This document shows positions 36,631-56,006 of a stretch of 64,000 bases of DNA, in pieces. The notes beneath the pieces are model-generated. The model was not told the origin of the DNA, did not search any database, and worked only from the letters and a program-made list of their open reading frames with translations. The position numbers were made by a program, and so were the translations under genes. Source of the stretch: the human T2T-CHM13v2.0 reference genome, Homo sapiens; NCBI RefSeq assembly GCF_009914755.1, contig NC_060934.1; one strand, written 5' to 3'. Position 1 is the stretch's first letter. Each line of letters begins with the position of its first letter.

Positions 36631-37078
36631 CACACATAAATATAGCAGCTTACGCTTACACAGTACTTACCATGTGCCACACACTGCTGTCAACACTTAC
36701 TAACTTATTTAACCCTCACAATACAAGGTCCTGTTATTATCCCCATTCCACAGATGAGGAAACCAAGGCACAGAGAGAGAAAGCAATTTGGCCATGGTCA
36801 CGGTAAGTGGCAGATTCAGGATTCAAACCCAGTATCTTGGCTCAGGTACAGGCTCTTAATTACTCTCCTAAACTGACTCCTGAGTAACCCGGCCTTCCTT
36901 ACCTGTTTCCTCACTTGTAAGGTCAGGTAAGGACCCCTAAAAGGTTGCTGGTGAGATCAAATGAGAAAATAAATACAAAAATAATAAAGTATCCTATGCA
37001 ACACAACACCTACCACCTACACAGCATACAACCACCCATGTGTGGCCATGAACCTGCAGCAGCCACCTACCTTTCACA

Positions 37079-37097
37079 CAAGCCACAAGAGGGCGAG
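37079..37097 (+). promoter_or_regulatory. Candidate CTCF site
   Basis: aagCCACAAGAGGGCGagg resembles the core CCACCAGGGGGCGC; motif match only. Confidence 0.35.
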
Positions 37098-38302
37098 GGA
37101 GTCACGGATCCCACTGCAGAGGTGAGGACATGAGGCCTGGAAAGCAGAGGTACCCTCAGCCCCCTCTCTCCTTAGCCATGCTCTTCTCCTCCCCAAAGAG
37201 ACAGCCACAACACAGGAACATGTCCCACACTCCCCAGAGGACACACCAACTCTATTTCCAAACATCCCCACTGTAACTCTCAGAGTTGAAACTGGGGAGA
37301 ACGCTGGCTTTCCAATCCTCCTAGCAACTCACAGACAGCCAGTCAGACACCTCAGGGGATCCTGGGAAGGCCAGCCAGTCTACATCCTCACCTACCCACC
37401 TGCGGCCACCGGGTCCTCCTTCACACATCACAGACCACCCATCAGCCTCCCACCCAATGCCAACCCAACCCATTCCCCTCTCCAGCCCCAGCAGCCTCAC
37501 AAGAGAACCAGCCCAGAGAGAATGACTGGAAGGACAGCAGAGGCTGGTTGGCCTGGCCTCATTTTTCCAGCACCTGCTGAGCGAATGCTCCAATCAGAAG
37601 CCCTGAATTACCAGACAAACCCGCCAGTCACAGAATGGATTCTCTCCCAAGTCCTGCTCTGTGCTCTCCCCTCGCCAGGTCTACCTCCCTCCTTCCAGCC
37701 GCCTGCCTATGCCCAGCTCACCATACACCCTCCTTCCTTAGGCACTGAAACTTCAAGCAGCCTCACCTGTCTGGCACTATCTGTACTACTAGATACCCAC
37801 TTGTTCAAGTTTTCCAACAAGACAATAAACTCCTGGGGGGTGGGGGGAGAGAAGCCATCTTCTTTGTTGCCCTTCTGAGAATCTGATGGATTTTTAGACA
37901 CAAAAACACTTGCCATGTGCTATAAAGCACAAAATGGAAGGTGAGAAGGAGGAAGTCAGTATAAGCTAGGCTGATTATTTTCTGGTATTTCTAAAAGCTC
38001 CACAATAGAGCAATTAAAAAGGAAAACCTTTGAAACACAACAGCAGGATATATATGTTCCAGCTAAAAGAACGAATCCAGGTTGGAATATTGTTCATGGT
38101 AGATATCTTTCCATCTTTGCATGCTCAGCACTTAGCCGAGCCTGGTAAAGAGTAGTGACCAGGTACTTGCTGGAGAGATAGACAGATAAACTCTTGTCAG
38201 AATCTGGGCTCCACCCTAAAGCTTGTGTTATCTCATGCAAGGAGAAGACACTGTGACCAGCTCCACTGAGTTCTCATGAGAAGCCTGAAGATGAGGGAGG
38301 TT

Positions 38303-38560
38303 ACAGAAAACCAAATACTGCATGTTCTCACTCCTAAGTGAGAGTTGAACAATGAGAACACATGGACACAAGGAGGGGAACATCACACACCAGGGCCTGT
38401 CAGGGGTGGGGGTCTAGGAGAGGGATAGCAACAGAAGAAATACCTAATGTAGATGACGGGTTGATGGGTGCAGCAAACCACCATGGCACGTGTATACCTA
38501 TGTAACAAGCCTGCGTGTTCTGCACATGTACCCCAGAACTTAAAGGTATTAAAAAAAAAA
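38303..38560 (+). mobile_element. 5'-truncated L1PA (L1PA8-10-like) 3' end
   Basis: catgttctcactc...gaacaatgagaacacatggacac...tgcagcaaaccaccatggcacgtgtatacctatgtaac...A-tail; imperfect TSD atgagggagg/atgagggtgg. Confidence 0.9.
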
Positions 38561-39736
38561 TGAGGGTGGCTGAGGACAAAAGATCAAGACTACATGAAAT
38601 TTCACAACTTCCCACAGAAACAAGGACAGCTGGTCACCGTTTTGTTCTCTCTCCCTGGGCTCACAAAATCGGGGGAAATGCAACAAGATACAGAAAGGTG
38701 GTTTGCCATTTTCTAGCAAAAATGAGTGGGGGGATACATAGGCGCATATATACTCACACCCACAGCCCCTAAACTCTAAACCGCCATGGGTTTAGCTCCG
38801 TTTTTTTCAGGAGAAGGACTCAAAACCAGCACATTTTGGTTTTGTTTACTTTCCTGCTTTTTCTTGGATCCAGCTCCTACTGAGATTGGCTATCAGGGTG
38901 GGTCCCAACTCAGTGTCCACGGGGCCTTATCCTCTTATCTTTATAAAAGGCTTTTTTCCCTGGGACAAGAGGCCCGGTGGCCTCATTTTCCTGCCTGAAC
39001 TCTGCCCTGTGACTAAGCAAGAAGAAGCCACGGCAGCCAGCACCCAGAGTTTCTGCTGTGTCACAAAAAGGAGTCATGGGTCTCCCTGCCAGCATCAGAC
39101 CCATTCCCCGACTCAGCACTCAATTTAGATATCACGTCCTACGTCTACATCCAGAAAGCCCCCAGTGTGACAGATGCTCAGAACACATCTGCTGAATGAA
39201 TGGACGAATGCTGTGACGAAGAGAGGTGGAGAGGTAGGCAAGGCTCAGACCACAGAAATGGTCACAGGGTGGCCTGCAGTACCGAGTAAAGGTAGTCATT
39301 ATCAAAAAACTGACAAGGACTCCAGGGCTTGCCTAGCCTCTCAGCAGCTGATGGCCCTGAGCAGGCTACCAAACTCTACTGGCCGAGTGTGCCCATCTGT
39401 AAAAGATAAATATCAATTGCAGAGGCTGATAAAAGATTTTTTTCATTGATCAGGAATTAAAGGCTGTAGCTCAAGTCCAGAAACTGGGATGCTGTGTCAC
39501 TTGCTCACCCTCACTGTAAAGGCTGGTGCCCACAAAGCCAGGAGAATGTCAGGAAAAACTAGCCACGGATCTGAGACTTCCCACCCAGCCTGCTCCTGGT
39601 AAAGAAGTCTTGGAAGGAACCCCAGCCTGGGAAGAGACCTGTTTCTCATTTGTAAAATAAGGAGTTTGGGCAAAGTGGTTTCTAAGATCCCTTCCAGCCA
39701 TGGCATTCAACAATCATAGGCTCCTTAAGAAATGTA

Positions 39737-41270
<1,534 letters not shown>

Positions 41271-41312
41271 GGGTAATTTTTCTATTTATATCTATCTATC
41301 AATTTATTTATA

Positions 41313-41590
41313 GAGATGGGGTAGGGTCTCACTATGTTGCCCAGGTTGGAGTGCAGTAGCTATTCACAGGCATGACCCCACCACTGATCAGCATGAGAGT
41401 TTTAACCTGCTCCATTTCTGACCTCCTTAGGCAACCTGGTGGTCTCCTGCTCCCAGGGTCACCATATTGATGCCAAACTGGCCACCTGATTAGCATAGCA
41501 CACTACAGCCCAGAACTCTTGGGCTCAAGCGATCCTCCCTCCTCAGCCTCCCAAGTAGCTAGGACTACAGGAACATGCCAGCATGCCCAC
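41313..41590 (-). pseudogene. RN7SL284P: 7SL (SRP) RNA processed pseudogene, probably RN7SL284P
   Basis: The reverse strand contains 7SL S-domain sequence absent from Alu (GGCATCAATATGGTGACC...GACCACCAGGTTGCCTAAGGAG...GGAGCAGGTTAAAACTC...TGCTGATCAGTGG). Decayed A-tail; TSD taatttttc at 41274-41282 and 41596-41604. Symbol from memory of the locus. Confidence 0.85.
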
Positions 41591-42624
41591 AAGAATAATT
41601 TTTCAAAAAAAAAAAGTAACCACTGCTCACTGCAATTGACCTTCTGATGGGATTTTCACTCTGCTCCTCCCCACATCACTGTCCTGGTTAACAGAGAGTG
41701 GTTTTTACTCGCCACAAAGTGGCTATGTGTCTTTTTTAAAAGCACAGTTCATCCCAAGAGGAAACCTACAAAGGAAGCAGGTGAAGACAAGAGTACCCAG
41801 TGAAAACACCATCTGCAGCCTCTGGCTCCAGCAGTGGCTCACCACCCCAGCTCAGCTCACGCAAAGCAAGGTGAGGCTTTCAGGTGGTGCTTCCCTCTCC
41901 CACATGGGGAGCATCTTAAACCAAAAGCAAGCAGACCAGTGGTTTTCAAACTGGGTTCTGTGAACTGTGGAGAACCCCAGGGAAACCTGTGGAGGAGCCT
42001 CAAGAAGGCCACAAGCTCAAGGGACAAGCTCCAAGCCCATACTCCCCATCAGTGCCTCTCTCGTCTAATTTACAGATCTGGCTCTCACCTAAGAGTGCAG
42101 TTAACAAAAAAGACCTCATGGCTAAAAAAAATAAAAATAAAAAACTTAAGTCATAAAAGACATTTACACTTTGTACGTGTTATTTCATTTAATTGTTTGC
42201 ATCAGCCCTCTGAGGAAACCATGGCTAAACAGTTTCAGGATTGCAAGTCGCCACCTAGAACAGTCCACTCCAGAGCTGGATAGCACCAATCATTTTTAAA
42301 AGTTCTTCCTGAAACAACCGGCCTGGGCAAGGGGAGCTGCCAGGGATTATAAAACAGACTTCAGAGACAACATCAACTAAATGCAGTGGGTGGCCCTTGC
42401 TAAAATCCTGATTTTAATAAGCCACCAATAAAATGACATCTTTGAGACAAGCAAAACTGAGCATCACCCGGGCAACTTGATAACATTAAGAAATTATTAT
42501 TAATGCCTCATCTCTTAGAGACACATCTTTAAGTATTTATAAGAAAAATGACATGCTGCCTGGGATTTGGTTGGGAGAGATGGGTGATTGTTACATTATC
42601 CTCTCTGTTCTTCCACATGTGTGA

Positions 42625-48330
<5,706 letters not shown>

Positions 48331-48639
48331 TCAGGAAATGGAAAACCAGAGTATCAAAAACCACTCAACACTAACATTAAATCAGATTAACAGCAATCCT
48401 GATGTAGAGCTGGAAGGGCCCCCAAAATCGAGTCCAACCCAATCACCCAACCTCCTTGGACCAAATGCCACCTGGGAAGTGCTCAAAACCCCACAGGAAT
48501 GAGCAAGTCTCCCGTCAATGCTCAACCTCTTCTGTTTTGACTGTTGAACTGGGGGAAAAAAAAAAAACAAGCACCAGGAAGCTAAAAGGCTCTGCCAAGG
48601 TCAAGATTTTGCAGTTAGGAACAGATCTCCAGTTCAGGG

Positions 48640-48672
<33 letters not shown>

Positions 48673-51600
48673 AAAGTTCCTCAGTATTCTTTTGAGGACA
48701 TCAAGTTGACATTCAAATTCTATGTGTAGAAAGGGAATGACTTTCTACTCTTAGACAGCGTGGGTGCTCCACATGGCTCCTGGCAGCCAGCTCCACACCA
48801 CCAGTACCTGATGGGCAACCTTGGGAACTTCAGACATCAATGTCACACCACCTGCTTCCATCACAGACATACCGTGGGCGGTGATATCCCTGTGTACATC
48901 TGGGGCTTGCTCAAGCCTTCCTCCTCTCCCACAGCCTCTGCCACCATGAGGTCACCACTTAGGAATCTGCATGTATATTTGAAGATGATCTGGACAAGGA
49001 TACATCATTCACTCTACACACAGCTGACTATTCATTCGTTCAACAAAAAATTATCGAACACCTATCTTGTACTAGGCTCTATTCTGGGCATGAGGACTAT
49101 AACAGCAAATTCAGCTCAGGGAGGACAGCTCTGACACCTGCTTGGCATAGTATACAAGGAGCTCCCACAGAACCCTCAGAAACACCAGGAGATTCCCAGT
49201 TTTCTGGTTCTAAGGCTAGTTGCTGTCTACTACTGCCACTGTTGTGCTATATTACTCAGGGTAACAAAATGCTCTTCCATTTTTCCTACCATGGATTGTC
49301 AAATAGCACAGTGAAGTAGTTAGTGTTTTAATTACTTTGTAGAGGAGATAAGCTCAGAAGGGTTAAAAACCTTGCTCAAGGTCTAAAACCTTGTAAGGTC
49401 TGATCATTACTACCTAGACCCACCATCCCACTCCAGCAATGACCGCCTGTGCTAACTGTATTATCGCACAAAGGTGGTAATGCTTGGAGTGGACATTCAT
49501 CTGCTCTTTTACCTGCGTGACATCGCTGCTGCTTGTCTTCCTTTAGACAACTGCTCTGCCTCCCTCTAAAAACCCACATAGTGTTGGAATGGGCTGCCAA
49601 TCACAGTAGCCCATCACCTTACCCTGGGGTTCCACTGCTGGGCACAGTGCCAAAGCTGAGCCAGTCTTAGTCCTCTAGCCCTGGCCACAGTGACCAGGCC
49701 TCATGTGGACACATAACACTGGCCAGACCATTCAGAATCCTACCATGAGGTTTGTCTGCCTGGGCTGATTGGATAGAGCTCCCTTTCTTCCCTGGTCAGG
49801 GGCTGTGAACATGAACAGAGGGGCCTGAGGTCATGTTCAGACCCGTGGGAAAAGCCCACAGCATCGATCCAAGAGGTCAAACGTCCCAAAGGCCAGTTTC
49901 CACCATCCATCCAAAGGTTGTGGAATATTCTAAGTCAATACATTTCTCTTTTTCTACCTAAGATGATCTGAGCTAAGTTTCTGTCATTTTGCAATAAAGG
50001 TACCCTGAAATGATACACAGATAAAATCTGCCCTTCACTTAAAAACCTCTTCTCAACCATTAATTTCAAATGACTCTGCCACTTCCTCTTAAATAACACA
50101 ATTAAAACCACCTAAATTAGCCATGCAGGGTGGCATGCGCCTGTAATCTTAGCTACTAAGGAGGCTGAGGCAGGAGGATGGCTTGAGCCCAGGAGTTTGA
50201 GGCTGCAGTGAGCTATGATTGCACCACTGCACTCCACTGTCTCTAAAAAATAAGTAAATAAACAAACAAAAGAACCAAAAGAAAAACTACAACAGCTGGA
50301 GCTTTTACTTATGTCCCTTGCCCTGCTGACCCTCCAGGGCAGAGGGGATGAAGAAAAGGTGGCTGGTACCCGAAGGAAGTGGAGAGAGAACAAAAGGCCA
50401 GGCAACCTCTGCTGAATAATAAATAACCCACACCTGACAATCAGCACCCATCTGCATTAGTCCCACTAGAAAAGCCTGGCAGGGTTATTCCCTTGGGGAA
50501 AAAAAACAAACTTCCAGCTCTAACTTCTGACAGTGTACAATGCCTAAATTCAAACCTCCCACTCAGCCTAGCCATTAAGGTCCTCCAGATTACCTCTGCA
50601 TCCCCAATTCCCTTCCACCCAGAGCCAAGGCCAAACCCCTGCTCTGCTCAGGCTGGGTAAACACATGGCTCCTCTCTATGGCTCAGCCTGTGCGGTCCAG
50701 CCTACGCAGCCCACACGTCCTCCCTCCATGGCTCCATGCATTCAGAGCTTCACTTCAACACCAAGTCCCAGCACATTCCCGAAGCTCTCCTCGGCTTCTC
50801 CAGTGGACGCTGCTGGCTCCATTCTCTTAAGTTTGATGAAGCAAGCCAGCCAGTTCACTAGGAAAGTAAAGAGGAGGCACAGGAGGTGTGGGGAGTGGGA
50901 ACGAGAAGGAAACATCAGGCAATGAGCACGCGAGAGGTCCAGCCAAGTTCTGCCATTTCTGCCTCCCAATAGAGGCCTGGTGGGAATGACTTGAGGAGTC
51001 CCACATTTAGATGGTAATGAGAGCCACTAAAGGTGAATGAGAGTATCTGGGGAAAGTGTGTAGCATACCGAGTTTTTTATAAAAGAAAAAGCCTGTTTGT
51101 GCATCTCTATCAGTTGACCTGTCTCATAATGTCACTCTCATGAGCGTCCCATTCCCCCAACAAGGCGGCAAGCTACGGACTAGAATTACATCCTGTGCAC
51201 CCCGGCCCCTGTCTACACCCCAGCCCCACCTGGGCCAGGCACTTCAATGCTCCCGGTGACAGAGGCAGGCAGTGCAGCACCATTAGCCCCATCTTACAGA
51301 TGAAGATACTGAGGCTCACCCCAGGGGCAGGGAGTTGAGAATCCTCAAGGGAAAAAACTCAGGTGTTTCCCCAAATCAAAGGGAAAAAACAAAGGACTGC
51401 ATGGGGCTCCAAGTGACCAAGCTAGACTTGGTTACTGGGAAAAACAAGAGACCCAACTGAGCCACTCAGAAGTAAACAATTCTGTCTTCTCCCTACCACC
51501 AGCTGGGGCAAAGGTGTTCGCTTGTTCCCCGCAGATCCATGTATCAAATCCGGGACAAAAGAAAGCTACATAATTTCAGAGTCCCACAGTGACTGGAAAT

Positions 51601-52532
51601 GTCCTGAAATTGTAGTGGGAAGGCCTAACCAGGGAACAGGAAAAACCACCCCAGACAAGGAATCAGGGGCACTGGGCTTGGCCTTGACTCAGGCACCTTT
51701 CTGCCCTGCGACTTCTTCCTTACAGACAGGGCCCTGGAACCAAAGATCATAAGACACCACTCATCTCCCTGGGGCTGCCACAGAGTTAATGAGATATGAA
51801 GATAGGACACAAAATCCTGAATGACAATGCCCTATCAATACCGGAATAAGAGCCACACCTCCAACAAAAAAACCACAACACAGTGTGTCTCCTAGTCACT
51901 CCACACCCCCAGGCCTGAGCGTGGTAGGTTTAAATGTCTGGGGATCTAACTCAGCAAGAGTTGCCCCGATGGGTTGGGTTTGCTCACCTGCCCACCAACA
52001 CCCAGGCACATGTCCTCCCCAGTTTCCTTCCAGTTCCAGGCCCCACGTGGTAGGCTGCTGCCGATGCAGACTCCCTCAGCACCCAAGTGCCAGTGGGGGA
52101 TGGGCATTCTGGATCAGGAGCCCACACAGGGTGTGGAATCCATCAAGGAAGCTCCTAGGTGGGTGATGGCATCATCTCCAACAGAGAATCGGTGCCAAAG
52201 CAGCCACCCCTTGATGCTAAGGATCCCAGGGAGCCAGCTGGTTCCTCTCTCAGGCTCCGCAATGGCCTCGAACTGAGGCCAATTCAAACCCAGAGCTGCT
52301 GCCCAGAGCACAGAGTGGAAATCACTCAGGAGTGGAAGGAGGCAGGACCAAGTGCTGGGTTTTCCTGACTATGGCTCCTCAAGGAAGAAGACTTCCATTC
52401 CTTCAGCCAGAGCCGCTCTCTTATGCACTGAGCTTTGACCATAAGGAATACTTCCTGGCTAAAAGAAAAAAAAGCAAAAAAGTGGAGACCTACAACACAG
52501 CAATTTACCCTTCACAAAGGAGCCTCCCCTGT

Positions 52533-53229
<697 letters not shown>

Positions 53230-55267
53230 TAATGCATTAAGTAAAATGAACTTAACTTCTCCTTGAAAAGTATTTTTCTAAGGATTTCATGACCCTCTCC
53301 AAAGTCACATAACTCTGCATTGTGGTAAAACTGGGGTCTGAAATCAATGCCCTAGGGGATAAAATCCAAACCCTAATCTCTGCCTTCCTTAGAGGTCAAG
53401 ACTAGCTCCTAGAACTTCAGCCCCATGAGGCCCCACATTCTCCACCAGACACGGAAAGGGTGAGACCTAATTAATGGCAATTGATCCATCAATCAATTTT
53501 CAGAGATTAAGGCGAGCGTTGATTCACATGCTTCCCAACGCAGACTTCCAGTCTGTACTAAGTTCTGTGCTTTACGAAAGACTTTCAGAAACAGATCTTA
53601 ACTTCTTCATTCAGAGATAGATTAGATAGATACATAGATACAATTAAAAAGAAAAAAATTACTTTGTTGAGATCCCCTCTGTCCTTATCCTCATGGCCAC
53701 ATCTGACAGTCCCTTCCTAGCATCTCCCAAAGCACTATCCCAGGAAAGGACTAGGTTTGCCCAGTAACTCTGACATGACCACAACTGGGGGGAAAGAATG
53801 CAGGTTTGAGGGACAGAGATGCAAGTCAGAAGCTCAAAGTGGAGACGGGAGGGCCACCAATGAAATGACCTGCTGTGTGGCCAGCAATTTAGTCTGTCAG
53901 TTTCCTGCAGCTACAAAAATTGAGGTTAAGATGGCCAACGTAAGAGAGCTGTTACCAGGAATGCCTTATAAAATCATTCCCTTAATAAGTGGGGCTTTTA
54001 ACAGCCAAATAAATGGGTCCCATCAGCCTTTGACCTTCAGGTTGCTAAGGGCAGTTTCTCAGCCCTCTCGGTTCACTTGTTTTTCTTTTATACATATATC
54101 CTTATTTATTTTTACTGTACCTATCGATTCACTGTTAAAACAGGGACAAGACCTAGAAAGATGGCACTTTGTTTCCTGGCTCTGAACAAGTTAAATCAAA
54201 CAATAGGTTATAATTCAAAATTCCTGGTGCCCAATACTTTCTGAGCATTTTAACCACTCCAAGCCAGAGTTTTCTCTCTGGCAAAGAATAACAGAAAGCT
54301 CACATAGTGGCAACGACAACTGAACGTGATAAAGCAGAGCGCCTGCCACAACAGTAGATGCCCAATAAATGCTAGTTCTCCTCCTCCCTCAGTGCTATGT
54401 CTTCTTCCTCCAGCTGCCTTGTCTAAAAAGGCTGGCTTCCACACTCCACGGCCAGGCCAGGACAAGCCTACCACTTGTCAGAAACTCCCGCCAGTATCCG
54501 TTCCTGCACCCAGACACACACTTACAAATCAGTCATCCCCAAGACCAAAGACACAGGGGTTCCAAAAGGCACCCTCAAGGGAACCAGTCACCAGCCTTCC
54601 TCGTTAAGCAGCTCTGTGCTCTCAGGGAGAGAACTTAGCCCCAGCAGCCACTACTAGGATTTTCCCATGGTGCAATGCAACTTCCCCAACTTTTCCGGGC
54701 CCAGTTTCCAAAGAAACCCAGGCAGGCGTTGTGCACAATCAGCCACCAGTCTGGGAGAGACTGGGCTCTGAGCAGAGAAAAAGGAGCTGGGACAGCCAGA
54801 AAATGAAAAAGCAGTTGTGGCCCCGGCACAGGATGGCAGCGACCAAAACTTAAGAGTAGGGGTCCTGGCCCAAGTCCCATTCTTCTGGACGGTACCCTTG
54901 GTTAAAGGCTAGCACAGGGTGCCAAAGCTAGCGGACGGTGAGGAGCCTCAGAAAAGGGACTGATGGACATCCTCCGAGGTACCCCCTACCCGCTACTGGA
55001 CCTGGTGGCCCCCGGGGACCCTGTCGTCGAGGCACCTGAGAGTGAAGGCCTTCAGCGGGGGGCATTGTTCACAGCGAACGGCGGGACTGGGGGAGGCGGC
55101 GGGACTTCGGGATCCGCGCACCGCCACCTCCCCAACTGGGCCAGAGGAGCGAGTCCACCGAGGCCATCGCCAGGTGGAGCGGCGGCCCCGGCGAGGTACC
55201 CTCGGCCAGCAGGAGGGAGAAGCGGAGGGCGCGTCCCAGAGGCGGGGGCCAAGGGTCTGCCACTCAC

Positions 55268-55571
55268 CCGCGCCTTCGGCGGGCTGCGGCGGCCCGACGA
55301 CGCCGTTCAGGTAGAGAATGGGCAGCAGGTGAGGCTGCGTCTTCTCCAGCGCCGCCCGCAGGTCCTGGAAGTGGTCCCGCTCCTTGGCCAAGAGCAGCTT
55401 GAGCAGCAGCTCCGCCTTGGCGCCTCCCGCCTCCTCGTCCAGCTGCCGCCGCTCGCCGGGACTGAGCGCTCCCGCGGCCTCGAGCAGCCCGAGCACGGCT
55501 TCCACCTCCGTCATGGCCTGGGCCAGGCTCTGCTGACACTGGGCGAGCAGCTCCCGGCGCTGGGGCTCCAT
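55268..55571 (-). CDS. DLG5: DLG5 coding exon 1 (N-terminal CARD-like region of the MAGUK scaffold); 304 nt, phase-1 intron follows
   Basis: Translation MEPQRRELLAQCQQSLAQAMTEVEAVLGLLEAAGALSPGERRQLDEEAGGAKAELLLKLLLAKERDHFQDLRAALEKTQPHLLPILYLNGVVGPPQPAEGA matches the recalled human DLG5 N-terminus. Strong Kozak cccgccaccATGG; donor CGG|GTGAGTG (cactcac at 55261-55267 on +). The ORF-track extension to 54993 is intron read-through. Confidence 0.96.
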
Positions 55572-55660
55572 GGTGGCGGGCCGCGCCGCCCCGCCCCGCC
55601 GGACGCCTCCCGGGCCCCCCGAGGCCGGCGGGCGGGCAGGCGAGCACCTCGGCAGCAGCC

Positions 55661-55696
55661 CTAGGGCGCCGGGAGCCGTGAGGCGGCGGGAGCCAT
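55661..55696 (-). other. uORF2 MAPAASRLPAP* (out of frame)
   Basis: gcccATGG; TAG at 55663-55661. Confidence 0.5.
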
Positions 55697-55742
55697 GGGC
55701 CGGGGCCTGGGCGGGCTGGGGGCCCGGGGCGGCGGGCGGCGC

Positions 55743-55781
55743 TCAGCAGCGGCCGCCTCCCGGGCTCCGGAGCGCAGCCAT
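55743..55781 (-). other. uORF1 MAALRSPGGGRC* (in frame with the DLG5 CDS)
   Basis: gccaacATGG strong Kozak; TGA at 55745-55743; 210 nt upstream of the main ATG. Confidence 0.55.
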
Positions 55782-55787
55782 GTTGGC
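55774..55787 (-). promoter_or_regulatory. YY1-like motif (CCAACATGGCTGC) just downstream of the inferred TSS
   Basis: Resembles CAAGATGGCGGC in the usual post-TSS position; overlaps the uORF1 ATG. Confidence 0.5.
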
Positions 55788-55991
55788 TGCCGCGGCGGCG
55801 GGACTGGAAGAGGAGGAGGAGGAGACGGAGGAGGAGAAGGAGGAGGCGGAGGTGGGGACGGCGGCCGGGGCGCGCCCCGAGGCCGGGCTCCAGCCGGGCA
55901 TGCTCCCCCTCCCCCTCAGCCTCCGCGCGCGCCGCCCGCCCCGCGAGAAAACTCGCCCCGAAAGCCGGGCCGCGCGCCGCCCCCAGAGCAA

Positions 55992-56006
55992 GACTACAAC
56001 TCCCGG
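55992..56006 (+). promoter_or_regulatory. ZNF143/THAP11-type ACTACAnnTCCC motif
   Basis: GACTACAACTCCCGG; this motif class is enriched at bidirectional promoters. Confidence 0.7.

Larger units (their letters stand above)
55572..55805 (-). other. DLG5: Probable DLG5 5' UTR; TSS near an Inr-like cttccAGTc at ~55805
   Basis: Pyrimidine-rich tract followed by CCAGT on the minus strand, with a YY1-like motif ~20 nt downstream. TSS position is inferred. Confidence 0.55.

Noticed and set aside
48640-48666. Isolated poly(T) tract (also at ~23586-23607) as a possible orphan retro-insertion
   Set aside because: No TSD or attached transcript body could be identified.
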